Position numbers and translations under genes: made by a program. Positions 55,703-64,000 of a stretch of DNA of 64,000 bases are shown here, in pieces (position 1 is the first letter of the stretch; each line of letters begins with the position of its first letter). Origin of the DNA: Thioalkalivibrio sp. GTDB lineage: Bacteria > Pseudomonadota > Gammaproteobacteria > Ectothiorhodospirales > Ectothiorhodospiraceae. The DNA is taken from contig JAABTX010000007.1 in NCBI GenBank assembly GCA_011389655.1, forward strand, positions 11,858 to 75,857, given 5' to 3'. Below the pieces are notes generated by a model. The model did not search any database and was not told where the DNA came from. It worked only from the letters and a program-made list of their open reading frames with translations.

Positions 55703-57055
55703 CTAAACCGAGGCGGCGCCGCCGTGGGGACACGCGCCCGATGCCCGCTCGTCCTCAACCTGCCGATGCTGCGCCGCCAATGCCCCTTGAGCGAGCCGGG
55801 CGCGTCCGACGAGGTGGGCGATCAACGCCGAGTAAAAGCAGAAGAACACCAGCGGCGGCCCGTAGTCCATCACGGAATCGGTCATCCCGAACACGGCGTA
55901 GCCGAGTAACAGCGCCAGGCCGGCAGCCCCGAGCGCACGGATCTCCATCTCCGGGTGTCGCGCTGCGCTGAGAAAGACACGACCCAGTGCCCACCACAGA
56001 ACGACCACCCCGACAAGTCCGACCAACCCGCGCAGCGCCAGCAGATCCAGTACCACGTTGTGCGGCATGGTCTGCACGGCGATGGACGGATGAAACTTGC
56101 CATCGGCTATCCCCTCGCGAAGGAAGCGGTTGAAACTGTAACCCATCCCCCCGCCGAACAGCGGCTGCTCCTGAAACATGCTCCAGGCGGCGCGCCACAG
56201 CTCCAGGCGCTTCCCCACCGGGTTATCGGCATGCACAGCACGGTCCTGCCCATAGAGCTGTACCTGCGTTACCGCCTGGTCAATGCGGTTCTTCACACCG
56301 GTCTGCGGCAGCAGCAGCGCGAGGCTGACAGCGGCGACCACGGCCAGCACGCTGGCGATCGCCAGGCGTCGATAGCGGGGCTGCCAGTAGTGCCACAGCA
56401 GCAGCAGCGCCAGGAATGGGATCGCCAGCCATCCGCCCCGGCTACCGGAGAGGAAGCTGGCCACCAGCCCCAGCAGCAGGGCCGCCGCGGGGACGATCAG
56501 CCAGGCGCGGCCAAGGCGCCGAAAATACGCCAGACCGGCCGCGGCCATCACACCCATGGCCAGTGCGGTGTTGCCATAGGTCACGGCACTGGTACTGCCC
56601 TCCGCTCTGACATACTGTGCGGCCGTCACGACTTCGTACAGCGCGTTGAGCCCGGCCACTACGGCCCCCAGCGAGAGACCGAACCAGAGCATGCCCTCGG
56701 GCGGACGAACGCGAACGAAGAGGTAGATGATCGGGATCGCCCACAGCGGCCGCAGCAGCACGTCGAGATCGCGCACGGCTTCCCGGCTGAAGCCGGTTTC
56801 CGCCACCGACAGCAGCACCGTGACCGCGAACGCGGCAAACCCGAGCGACGCAAGCCGCTCCTCGGCGGTGAGTCTGTGCGGGGCCCCGGGCCAGCGCAGC
56901 AAAAGAGCGAGGATGGCGGTCAGCGCCAGCAGGTGGTAGGGCACGCTGCCGCCGCTGGGGACGAGCAGAATCAAGGCCGGCAGCGCGAGCAGGATGAGAA
57001 CAGTGACTCCGCCCACCACACGATGCGGCAGAGCCTCCACCATCAGTGACGGCAT
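55703..57055 (-). CDS. O-antigen ligase (WaaL / Wzy_C domain) family membrane protein
   Basis: About 11 hydrophobic segments. A periplasmic loop carries SGSRGGWL...RLELWRAAWSMFQEQPLFGGGMG...MPHNVVLDLL, typical of the O-antigen ligase family. Confidence 0.8.
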   Translation of the reverse strand: MPSLMVEALPHRVVGGVTVLILLALPALILLVPSGGSVPYHLLALTAILALLLRWPGAPHRLTAEERLASLGFAAFAVTVLLSVAETGFSREAVRDLDVLLRPLWAIPIIYLFVRVRPPEGMLWFGLSLGAVVAGLNALYEVVTAAQYVRAEGSTSAVTYGNTALAMGVMAAAGLAYFRRLGRAWLIVPAAALLLGLVASFLSGSRGGWLAIPFLALLLLWHYWQPRYRRLAIASVLAVVAAVSLALLLPQTGVKNRIDQAVTQVQLYGQDRAVHADNPVGKRLELWRAAWSMFQEQPLFGGGMGYSFNRFLREGIADGKFHPSIAVQTMPHNVVLDLLALRGLVGLVGVVVLWWALGRVFLSAARHPEMEIRALGAAGLALLLGYAVFGMTDSVMDYGPPLVFFCFYSALIAHLVGRARLAQGALAAQHRQVEDERASGACPHGGAASV

Positions 57056-57493
57056 TCCGCTCTCCCGGACGATCCGATGGCGCTGCAGCGGCGCGCGCCG
57101 AGGACCACACCCCGCGCTGACGGCCTCGTCGCGGTCGGCGCGTGCCTGCCTGCAGTGACCGCTTGATCGCTCATCGCATTCCCACCGCGCACCGGCCAGC
57201 CGCCGGAGCGCCCGACCACAGTCGAGGCTGCCGTGGCAGCCGAATTAAAAGGATACCGGGATGATCCTGCCGGGATCAGCGTAGTAAAAGGATAAACGGC
57301 CTCATCATGGACCAGCAATCCTTTTCCATGGCGTTTCGATCACGGCGGAGCCGCTGAGCCTCGACAATCGGGCCTGAATGGCGCCAAAAACCCATTCGCC
57401 CTGTCGACGTCTTCGCCCGCGCATTCTCTCTGCGCTGTCTTCGCCCCGGCCAATAACCATCCGGTCCCCGGCGCTGACAGAGGGAACTTTCCG

Positions 57494-57961
57494 TCATGCC
57501 GGGTCCGGGAGATCCAGAATGGCGCGCACCTGTTGCAGGAGCTCGCGTTGCCGATCCCTTCGCCAAGCGTATGTTCCTGCTCCATCCGATGCCTGGAGAC
57601 CCAGCACATGAAGGCGCCGGGGCAGACGCTTCAGTGCCTGAGCGAGGGCCAGAGCGTCGGCGACGCCGAAGTCGTGGCTGGACGGCATGCGTCCGGCGCG
57701 AACAAGTTCGTCCAGCCGGAGTTCGCGGATGCTCCCCGGTGGCAGCCCCGCCTCCATCGCGTCGATCAGGATCACCGCCCCATCAGGCTGGAGGTACTCC
57801 AGAAGGGCCGGGCCCGGGCGATCCAGGGCCAGCAGCTCGGCGCAGCGGTCGAGCCCCGCAGCCCGAAGGGCCTCGATCGCCCGCCAACCGAGATCGTCAC
57901 CGGTCACTGGCGAACCGACCCCGATGATACGCCAACGGCGGTTCGGATCGTCGCGCGTCAC
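57494..57961 (-). CDS. hydrogenase maturation endopeptidase (HoxW/HycI-like) for the cytoplasmic hydrogenase
   Basis: WRIIGVGSPVTGDDLGWRA and SSHDFGVADAL motifs. The GTG at 57961 overlaps the large-subunit stop as GTGA. Confidence 0.78.
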   Translation of the reverse strand: MTRDDPNRRWRIIGVGSPVTGDDLGWRAIEALRAAGLDRCAELLALDRPGPALLEYLQPDGAVILIDAMEAGLPPGSIRELRLDELVRAGRMPSSHDFGVADALALAQALKRLPRRLHVLGLQASDGAGTYAWRRDRQRELLQQVRAILDLPDPA

Positions 57962-59256
57962 CGGCGTTGCACGCGCACCTTCAGGAAATGCGTCGCGCAG
58001 GAGATGCACGGGTCGTAGTTGCGGATCACCGTCTCGCCGCGCAGGCGCAGCGCGTCATCGTCGTTGTGCAGGCCGAAGGCCTCCAGAGAGCACTTCAGGT
58101 CGTCCTCGATCCGCGCCTGGTTCTGCGCGGTGGGCGGGACGATCCGGGCCGACAGCACCCTGCCTGCGGCGTCCGTCTCGTAGCGGTGCCACAGCAGACC
58201 GCGCGGCGCCTCGGTGGCGCCGCAGCCGACACCGGCCTGCACGGTCGTCGGCACGTGGGCGGGCTCTTCCGGGCGGTAGGCCTCGAGCAGACGGATCGCC
58301 TCGGAGACCACCTCGTGGATCTCCACCGCCCGGGCGATCAGGGAGTGGAACATGTTGCGGCTGGGCAGGCTCAGGCCGGTCGCCTCCAGCGCCGACCGGA
58401 CCGGTGGCGAGAGGCGGTCGTGATTCAGGTTCAGGCGGGCCAGCGGTCCGACCAGATACGGTTCTCCGTCGAGGTGGGCATACAGCGCGGTCGAGTGCGG
58501 GACGTGGGATTCCCGAAAGTGGTCGAGGTAGTCCTTCACCGGCAGATCGAGGCCCCGGTCCGAGACGATCCTGCCGGCGTACATCGCGTATTCGCTGTCG
58601 TGGCGCAGGGCCACGGAGACGAATTCCTGCTCGTCGTCCGGAAGCGGCAGCGACGCGGTGAAGGCCACCAGCGCCTCCGCGTCTGCCATGGCGGAGCGCA
58701 GTTCCCGCAGCACCGCAGCCGCCCGTTCCGGGTCGGGTCCACGATGAAAGCCGCCCATCCGCATCCCGACCGGATGCACGGAGCGGCCGCCGAAGAGCCG
58801 GATCAGGTCGTTGCCGAGCCGTTGCAGTCGCAGGCCCCGCCGCACGGCATCGGGGTGCTTTCCGGCCATGGCAATGGCGTTGTCGAAACCGAGGAAGTCG
58901 GGCAGCGCCAGCAGGTGCACGTGCAGCGCGTGGCTCTGCAGCCACTCGCCGCAGTACATCAGGCGCCGCAGGTGCATCACGTGGGACGATGCCTGCACGC
59001 CGAAGGCCTGCTCCAGTGCCTGCACGGCCGTCATCTGATAGGCCACCGGGCAGATCCCGCAGATCCGCGCGACGATGTCCAGCACTTCCTGTGGCGCGCG
59101 GCCCTCGAGAAACTTCTCGAAGTAGCGCGGGGGCTCGAAGATGCGCAGGCGCAGGGTGTCGATCCGCCCCTCCGAAGCGCTCAGCTCGAGAGCGCCCTCG
59201 CCCTCGACGCGGGCCAGCACCGGCACCTCGATGCGGATGTCGCGGTTCTCCGTCAC
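57958..59256 (-). CDS. hyhL: cytoplasmic [NiFe]-hydrogenase large (alpha) subunit, group 3b-like
   Basis: ARVEGEGALEL, RICGICPVAYQ, and C-terminal DPCISCATH plus a 9-aa extension. About 432 aa. The GTG at 59256 overlaps the small-subunit stop; the track ORF is over-extended to 59721. Confidence 0.92.
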   Translation of the reverse strand: MTENRDIRIEVPVLARVEGEGALELSASEGRIDTLRLRIFEPPRYFEKFLEGRAPQEVLDIVARICGICPVAYQMTAVQALEQAFGVQASSHVMHLRRLMYCGEWLQSHALHVHLLALPDFLGFDNAIAMAGKHPDAVRRGLRLQRLGNDLIRLFGGRSVHPVGMRMGGFHRGPDPERAAAVLRELRSAMADAEALVAFTASLPLPDDEQEFVSVALRHDSEYAMYAGRIVSDRGLDLPVKDYLDHFRESHVPHSTALYAHLDGEPYLVGPLARLNLNHDRLSPPVRSALEATGLSLPSRNMFHSLIARAVEIHEVVSEAIRLLEAYRPEEPAHVPTTVQAGVGCGATEAPRGLLWHRYETDAAGRVLSARIVPPTAQNQARIEDDLKCSLEAFGLHNDDDALRLRGETVIRNYDPCISCATHFLKVRVQRR

Positions 59257-60092
59257 GACCGCTCCTTCCAGGCCAGCCACTCGGCGCGGAAGGCTGGCGC
59301 ATGGCTGTTGATGAAGTGGAAGCGCTGCGCGACCGATTCGGGCATCAGGCCGAGGCCGTCGAAGCGGCGCGCGAGCGACGCGGTGTTCGGATTCTCGGCC
59401 GGGCCGAAACAGGCGTAGCAGTCGCGCCCGAAGGCCGGGCACAGGGCCCCGCAGCCGGTGTGCGTGACCGGACCCATGCACGGAATACCCTGGGCAACCA
59501 GCACGCAGACATGCTGCTGGCGCTTGCACTCCACGCAGAGCTTGTCCTTGTCCACCACCGGCTCGACACCGAACAGCAGCTGGCGCACCGCCTGGAAGAC
59601 CTGCCGCGCATTCACCGGGCAGCCCCAGAGCTCCAGGTCCACCTTCACGTGCTCCGCGACCGGCGTGGCGGTGTCCAGGCTGTCGATGAACTCCGGCTGG
59701 GCGTAGACCGCTTCGGTCCACCCGGTCGCCCCGTCGGCGTTGAAGTTGCGCAGGGCCTGCAGTCCGCCGGAGGTCGCACAGGCGCCCAGGCTGACCAGGA
59801 AGCGGCTGTTCGCCCGGACCGCCTGGATGCGCTCCGCCTCGTCCGGGGTGGAGATGCTGCCCTCCACGAAGGCGATGTCGACGGCGGCCTCCGGATCCAT
59901 CGGTCCGGCCTCGGCGAAGTGCACGATCTCGACGAGCTGTGCCAGCTCCAGCAGGGCCTCCCCGGCATTGATGAAGGCGAGCTGACAGCCGTCGCAGGAG
60001 CTGAACTTGTGGACCGCGACGCGCGGACGGGCATTCTCGCGCGCGTTCAGCCGCTCGAGGGCAGTCGTCTGTGTGCGAGCGCTAGCCTTCAT
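59253..60092 (-). CDS. hyhS: cytoplasmic [NiFe]-hydrogenase small (delta) subunit
   Basis: No Tat signal. SSCDGCQLAF, GACATSGG, CPV and Cys-rich CVECKRQ...CMGPVTHTGCGALCP...CYACFGP motifs. Confidence 0.9.
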   Translation of the reverse strand: MKASARTQTTALERLNARENARPRVAVHKFSSCDGCQLAFINAGEALLELAQLVEIVHFAEAGPMDPEAAVDIAFVEGSISTPDEAERIQAVRANSRFLVSLGACATSGGLQALRNFNADGATGWTEAVYAQPEFIDSLDTATPVAEHVKVDLELWGCPVNARQVFQAVRQLLFGVEPVVDKDKLCVECKRQQHVCVLVAQGIPCMGPVTHTGCGALCPAFGRDCYACFGPAENPNTASLARRFDGLGLMPESVAQRFHFINSHAPAFRAEWLAWKERS

Positions 60093-60203
60093 GGCCCAGC
60101 ACCCACCCTGACGATAAGGATCTCCCTGCCCCGCTTGTGGGGGGTGGTTGGGGTGGGGACGCGCTATTGCCTACCTTCACGTTCACCGTCATGCCGTCTC
60201 CCG

Positions 60204-61037
60204 TCAGAAACCGGTAACGCCCAGCCAGGGGCGCAGCGCCGGGTAGTGGAACACCGGGCCATCCTGGCAGACGAAGTGCGGTCCCACCTGGCAGTGGCCG
60301 CAGTGCCCGATGCCGCACTGCATGTTCCGCTCGATGCTGAGCCACATGGAATCGGCCGGGACATTCAGCGCCAGCAGGCGGTCGATCGAGGCCTTCATCA
60401 TCACCTCGGGCCCGCACAGCATCACGATGCTGCGGTCCGGGTCGATATCGGCCTGGTTGAACAGCACCGTCACCTTGCCCACGCTGAAGGGCCAGTTCGG
60501 TCCGCCAACGTCCGCGGCCAGCAGCACCTGGGTGTTGGGCAACGCCTGCCAGCGCTCGTACTGCCGGCGCCAGATCAGGTCATCGGTGTGCTTGACGCCC
60601 TGCAGGATCACCAGCCGTCCGAAGCGCTCGCGGCGGTTCAGCACGTAGCGGATCATCGACACCACCGGCGCACAGCCAAGCCCGCCGGTGACGATCACCA
60701 CGTCCCGCCCCTCGGCCTTGTCGAGCGGCCAGCCGCGGCCGTACGGCCCCCTGAGGCCCATGCGGTCGCCCACCCGAAGACGTTCCATCCCCTCGGTGAC
60801 CCGCCCGACCGAGCGGATGGTGTGCTCCAGCAGACCCTCGTGGTCGGGGTCGGACACGATGGAGATCGGCACCTCGCCGACCCCGTACAGGTAGAGCATG
60901 TTGTACTGCCCCGGGAGCAAACGGTATCCGGACGCGACCTCGGGGTCCGTGAAGCGCAGGTGGAGGGTGTAGATGCTCGGGGTCTCCTCGACCCGCTCCA
61001 CCACCTCGACCTCCACCGGCCGGTCAGGGTTGTGCAT
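60204..61037 (-). CDS. hyhG: hydrogenase gamma subunit, FAD/NAD(P)-binding plus C-terminal 2Fe-2S (ferredoxin-NADP reductase-like)
   Basis: [20 protein letters not shown] and C-terminal [12 protein letters not shown]. The start is the ATG at 61037. Confidence 0.88.
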   Translation of the reverse strand: MHNPDRPVEVEVVERVEETPSIYTLHLRFTDPEVASGYRLLPGQYNMLYLYGVGEVPISIVSDPDHEGLLEHTIRSVGRVTEGMERLRVGDRMGLRGPYGRGWPLDKAEGRDVVIVTGGLGCAPVVSMIRYVLNRRERFGRLVILQGVKHTDDLIWRRQYERWQALPNTQVLLAADVGGPNWPFSVGKVTVLFNQADIDPDRSIVMLCGPEVMMKASIDRLLALNVPADSMWLSIERNMQCGIGHCGHCQVGPHFVCQDGPVFHYPALRPWLGVTGF

Positions 61038-62145
61038 CGCCGGACTCCATGAGCGTCGCGACCTCGGCGGTGATATCGATGCCCACCGGACACCAGGCGA
61101 TGCAGCGCCCGCAGCCGACGCAGCCGGAGCGCCCATACTGCTCGTGCCAGGAGCCCAGCTTGTGGGTCAGCCACTGCCGGTAGCGCAGACGGGTCTCCTC
61201 GCGTACCAGGAAGTGACCCATGTAGCTGTGCACGGCCGTGAAACAGGAGTCCCACTGGCGCAGATGCTCGGCGGATTCGCCGTTCAGCGCGGGTGCGTCC
61301 TGCTCGGCATGGCAGAAGCAGGTCGGGCACACTGCGGTGCAGTTCCCGCAGGAGAGACAACGACGGCCCACGTGATCCCAGTGGGGATGCTCGAGGCGCG
61401 CGTAGAGCGCATCCTTCAGGTTGCGCGAGGGCAGGCTCCTGCCCTGCCCTCGGGCCGCGGCCGCGACCTCCCGGTCGGCCTCTTCCCGTTGCAGGGAGGA
61501 GGCCGCGCCGAGCCCCAGCGACGCCAGCACCGCGCGCCCCGGATCGGTACCCGCGGTGACCACGAAGCCTTCGTCCAGTTCCGACATCGCGAGGTCGTAA
61601 CCCGATTCCGCGCGTGGCCCGTCCCCCGTCGACGCACAGAAGCAGGTGTCGGCGGGGTGACTGCAGTGAACCGCCACCAGGAAAAGGCTCGCGCGCCTGG
61701 CCGCATAGTGCGGATCCGGATAGGGGGACTCCAGGAAGTGCTGCTGGTGGATCTGCAGCGCGGCGAGGTCGCACGCGCGGACACCGATCACCGCGGTGGG
61801 TTCGTGCTCCCGCTCGACATCCGCGAAGGTCAGCCCGCCGGATTCATCACGCGCGCAGCGCCAGAGTGGCTCGCGGGGTGCGAAGGTCAGCGGCTTGAGC
61901 GCCTGCGGACCGTTGGCCCAGGAAAACATGCGCACGCCGTCGTGCTGGGTCTCGAGCCGATACGTCCCCGGCGCCTGTCGGTCGCGCATCCCTCGCGGCA
62001 GATCCGCCGCCGAGGCGATCTCCCGGTAGACGATGGCCCCATCCCGGGCCACCGGCCCGACAAGCCTTGAAAACCCCTGGTCACGGAGGGCGTCGAAAAG
62101 GGAATCCACGGAAGACCGAGGCAGGAACAGGGCGGATGTTGCCAT
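61024..62145 (-). CDS. hyhB: hydrogenase beta subunit, 4Fe-4S protein (sulfhydrogenase/sulfite-reductase beta-like)
   Basis: [31 protein letters not shown] and [12 protein letters not shown] motifs. Confidence 0.88.
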   Translation of the reverse strand: MATSALFLPRSSVDSLFDALRDQGFSRLVGPVARDGAIVYREIASAADLPRGMRDRQAPGTYRLETQHDGVRMFSWANGPQALKPLTFAPREPLWRCARDESGGLTFADVEREHEPTAVIGVRACDLAALQIHQQHFLESPYPDPHYAARRASLFLVAVHCSHPADTCFCASTGDGPRAESGYDLAMSELDEGFVVTAGTDPGRAVLASLGLGAASSLQREEADREVAAAARGQGRSLPSRNLKDALYARLEHPHWDHVGRRCLSCGNCTAVCPTCFCHAEQDAPALNGESAEHLRQWDSCFTAVHSYMGHFLVREETRLRYRQWLTHKLGSWHEQYGRSGCVGCGRCIAWCPVGIDITAEVATLMESGDAQP

Positions 62146-62181
62146 GCCTACGAAGGTAGTCCATCAGGTCCGACACGGGAA

Positions 62182-62193
62182 TGATGCAGATCA
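62182..62193. promoter_or_regulatory. candidate FNR box (aTGAT-GCAG-ATCAg)
   Basis: It matches TTGAT-N4-ATCAA at 8 of 10 positions and lies in the divergent hyhB/fnr intergenic region. Its centre is about 42 nt from the hyhB ATG and about 144 nt from the fnr ATG. Confidence 0.45.
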
Positions 62194-62330
62194 GAAAGGG
62201 GGCCGTCGCAGCCTCCGACCATGCGTTGAGGCACCCGGGATTCGCGTCCGCTGCCGGGGTGCCTGGCAAAACCCTCGAACCGGCTCCGGTAGACTTCCTT
62301 TCGCGCTCCTGTTCTGGCTACACTCCTGCC

Positions 62331-63062
62331 ATGTCGATGCACGCTTCAGGCTCCTGCGATCAGTGCTCACTGAAGCTGCTGTGTCTCCCTGTCGGGCTCC
62401 CGGACACGGAGTTGTGGCAACTGGACGAGATCGTCCAGCGGCGGCGACCGATCACCAAGGGCAATGTCCTCTTCCGCATGGGCGCTCCCTTCGCCTCCGT
62501 ATTCGCGGTGCGGACCGGCTCACTGAAGACCGTGCTGCTCTCGGACGACGGCACGGAGCAGGTCACCGGGTTCGCCCTGGCCGGCGAATTGCTGGGGCTC
62601 GACGCGATCAATCATGGGGAGCACCCGGTCAGCGCCGTGGCACTCGAGTCGACCAGTGTCTGCGAGATCCCCTTCGACAAGCTCGACGCCCTCGCGGGTC
62701 AGCTGCCAGCCTTCCGCCAGCACTTCATGCGCATGATGAGCCGGGAGATCGCCTCCGATGAATCCCTGCTCGCACTGCTCGGGCAGCGCAGCGCCGAGCA
62801 GCGGCTCGCCGCGTTCCTGCTGAGTCTCTCGACACGCTTCCGTGCCCGCGGACTGGTCGCCGACCGCTTCTGCCTCAGCATGTCCCGCGCGGACATCGCC
62901 AACCACCTCGGTCTGACGCAGGAGACCATCAGCCGCCTGTTTACGCAGTTCCGCAAGCAGGGACTGATCGAGATCCACACCCGCGATCTGCGTCTGATCG
63001 ACATGGACAGCCTGCACCGGATCGCGGGCATCCGGTTTGAGCCCCTCTCGCAGACCGCCTGA
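62331..63062 (+). CDS. fnr: FNR/Anr-type oxygen-sensing CRP-family transcriptional regulator
   Basis: The N-terminal Cys cluster CDQCSLKLLC has CX2CX5C spacing, the same as in E. coli FNR. There is a central Cys (STSVCEIPF) and a cNMP-like domain. The HTH MSRADIANHLGLTQETISRLF contains the FNR-type E--SR recognition motif. Confidence 0.9.
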   Translation: MSMHASGSCDQCSLKLLCLPVGLPDTELWQLDEIVQRRRPITKGNVLFRMGAPFASVFAVRTGSLKTVLLSDDGTEQVTGFALAGELLGLDAINHGEHPVSAVALESTSVCEIPFDKLDALAGQLPAFRQHFMRMMSREIASDESLLALLGQRSAEQRLAAFLLSLSTRFRARGLVADRFCLSMSRADIANHLGLTQETISRLFTQFRKQGLIEIHTRDLRLIDMDSLHRIAGIRFEPLSQTA

Positions 63063-63504
63063 CCCCGAAGCCTTCTGGGCCTTTGCCGTCGCCGCGTGGG
63101 ATCGCGCGGATGTTCGTGATCTCCTGTTGCACTGGCAGGAGCGCCACGGTGTCGACGTGATCTTCCTCTTGTTCGCCTGCTGGCTGCCCCATGCGCTGGC
63201 TCCGGCGCACTGGACCGCCCTGGAGTCCGGCTCCACCGACTGGAACGCGGCCGTCACGCGCCGGGTACGCGCCCTGCGGCGAAGAGTTCGGGCGATCGAC
63301 TGGCCGCAGGGCTACCGGGCGATTCTCGGTATGGAACTCGCCAGTGAGCGCATCGAGGCTACGTGGCTGGCCCGCGCGGCGAGTCCGCCAGAGCGGGCGC
63401 CGAGAGACCCGGACCTCGACCAGCGTCTTGGACGCCTGTTCGGGCAACTGCCTCCGGCAGAACGGACCGCCTTCATCGCGGCAATCCGCGCCCTCTTCTA
63501 CTGA
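63037..63504 (+). CDS. DUF2390 (TIGR02444-like) family protein
   Basis: FWAFAVAAWDRADVRDLLLHWQERHGVDVIFLLFACWL resembles that family as I remember it. The TTG start at 63037 is uncertain. Confidence 0.6.
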   Translation: MSPSRRPPDPEAFWAFAVAAWDRADVRDLLLHWQERHGVDVIFLLFACWLPHALAPAHWTALESGSTDWNAAVTRRVRALRRRVRAIDWPQGYRAILGMELASERIEATWLARAASPPERAPRDPDLDQRLGRLFGQLPPAERTAFIAAIRALFY

Positions 63505-63515
63505 TCCAAGAGCCC

Positions 63516-63541
63516 GGGGACAGATTCAAAAATCTGTCCCC
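63516..63541. repeat. GGGGACAGAT / ATCTGTCCCC hairpin (second perfect copy)
   Basis: The stem is identical to that at 34739-34764, with loop tcaaaa. It lies between convergent genes. Confidence 0.6.
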
Positions 63542-63560
63542 TCTGTCCCCGCGACCGCCC

Positions 63561-64000
63561 TCAGACTGCCGCGGCCAGGGCCTGATCGAGGTCCCCGAGG
63601 ATGTCGTCGATGTGCTCGATGCCGACGGACAGTCGCACCATGTCCTCGCGGACGCCGGCCCGTTCCAGCTCCTCGGCCGACAGCTGGCGATGCGTGGTCG
63701 TCCCGGGGTGGCAGGCCAGGCTCTTGGCGTCGCCAATGTTCACCAGCCGGGTCACGAGCTTGAGGGCATCGATGAAGCGCCCGCCCGCCTCGCGTCCACC
63801 CCTCGGGCTGCTGATCCCGAAGCTCAGGATGCCGGCCGCCCTCCCCCCGAGGTAGCGCTGCGTCAGCGCGTGATCCGGGTGCGAGGGGAGGCCCGCGTAG
63901 GAGACCCAGCCAACGTCCGGATGCTCGTCGAGGAACCGCGCCACGGCCGTGGCGTTGTCGCAGTGGCGATCCATGCGCAGCGCCAGGGTCTCGATGCCCT
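63561..64000 (-). CDS. metY: O-acetylhomoserine/O-acetylserine sulfhydrylase (PLP-dependent Cys/Met family), partial (N-terminus beyond the window end)
   Basis: The C-terminal part reads ...GLPSHPDHALTQRYL...LVNIGDAKSLACHPGTTTHRQLS...RLSVGIEHIDDIL. The reading frame stays open to position 64000. Confidence 0.85.
   Translation of the reverse strand, partial: GIETLALRMDRHCDNATAVARFLDEHPDVGWVSYAGLPSHPDHALTQRYLGGRAAGILSFGISSPRGGREAGGRFIDALKLVTRLVNIGDAKSLACHPGTTTHRQLSAEELERAGVREDMVRLSVGIEHIDDILGDLDQALAAAV

Overview
High-GC (not computed), densely coded proteobacterial chromosomal window dominated by [NiFe]-hydrogenase and nickel biology. I saw no rRNA, CRISPR array, transposase, integrase or phage genes.

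Gene order, left to right:
- Partial ggt, then hypX-nikR joined by an ATGA overlap, then REP-like palindromes.
- The AmmeMemoRadiSam triad: amrS divergent from amrB-amrA.
- A lipoprotein, the oxidative pentose-phosphate genes gnd-zwf with convergent pgl, slyD, a tandem REP array, and a gamma-carbonic-anhydrase-like gene.
- A nine-gene minus-strand maturation operon, hupF, hybE/hupJ-like, hupK, hypA, hypB, hypF, hypC, hypD, hypE (22078 down to 13226).
- Divergent from it, hupD, a half-size hupH, then hynS-isp1-isp2-hynL (22342-28156). This is an Isp-type (group 1e-like) membrane uptake hydrogenase.
- Housekeeping and accessory genes: BASS transporter, menA, SDR/DUF2867, cNMP-binding protein, SRPBCC protein, two exported thioredoxin-fold proteins, coaX-birA, a lytic transglycosylase, DUF1840, a Met-rich heptad-repeat membrane protein, tRNA-Ser(UGA), a BI-1/YccA protein, a 2-hydroxyacid dehydrogenase, slyX, rsmJ, a Rieske-fold protein lacking all cluster ligands, yajQ, serS and crcB.
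- msbA-lpxL followed by an LPS-type glycosyltransferase / FkbM / O-antigen-ligase cluster.
- A second, cytoplasmic hydrogenase, hyhB-G-S-L plus endopeptidase (group 3b-like, 62145 down to 57494), divergent from an FNR-type regulator gene.
- A DUF2390 gene and partial metY.

Most worth a second look:
- The AmmeMemoRadiSam triad, whose function is unknown.
- A HypB carrying about 60 histidines.
- TGAT-N4-ATCA palindromes in both hydrogenase divergent promoter regions, with an fnr gene in the same window.
- The Met-rich coiled-coil membrane protein.
- The ligand-less Rieske homolog.
- Several families of palindromic repeats.

I found no clear case for a wholly new multi-gene system. Gene calls rest on motifs read from the translations, and starts were re-picked by hand. 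The ORF track renders GTG and TTG starts as M and often over-extends ORFs in this GC-rich DNA. The lineage guess, a Chromatiales/Ectothiorhodospiraceae-like gammaproteobacterium, is inferred from gene content only.
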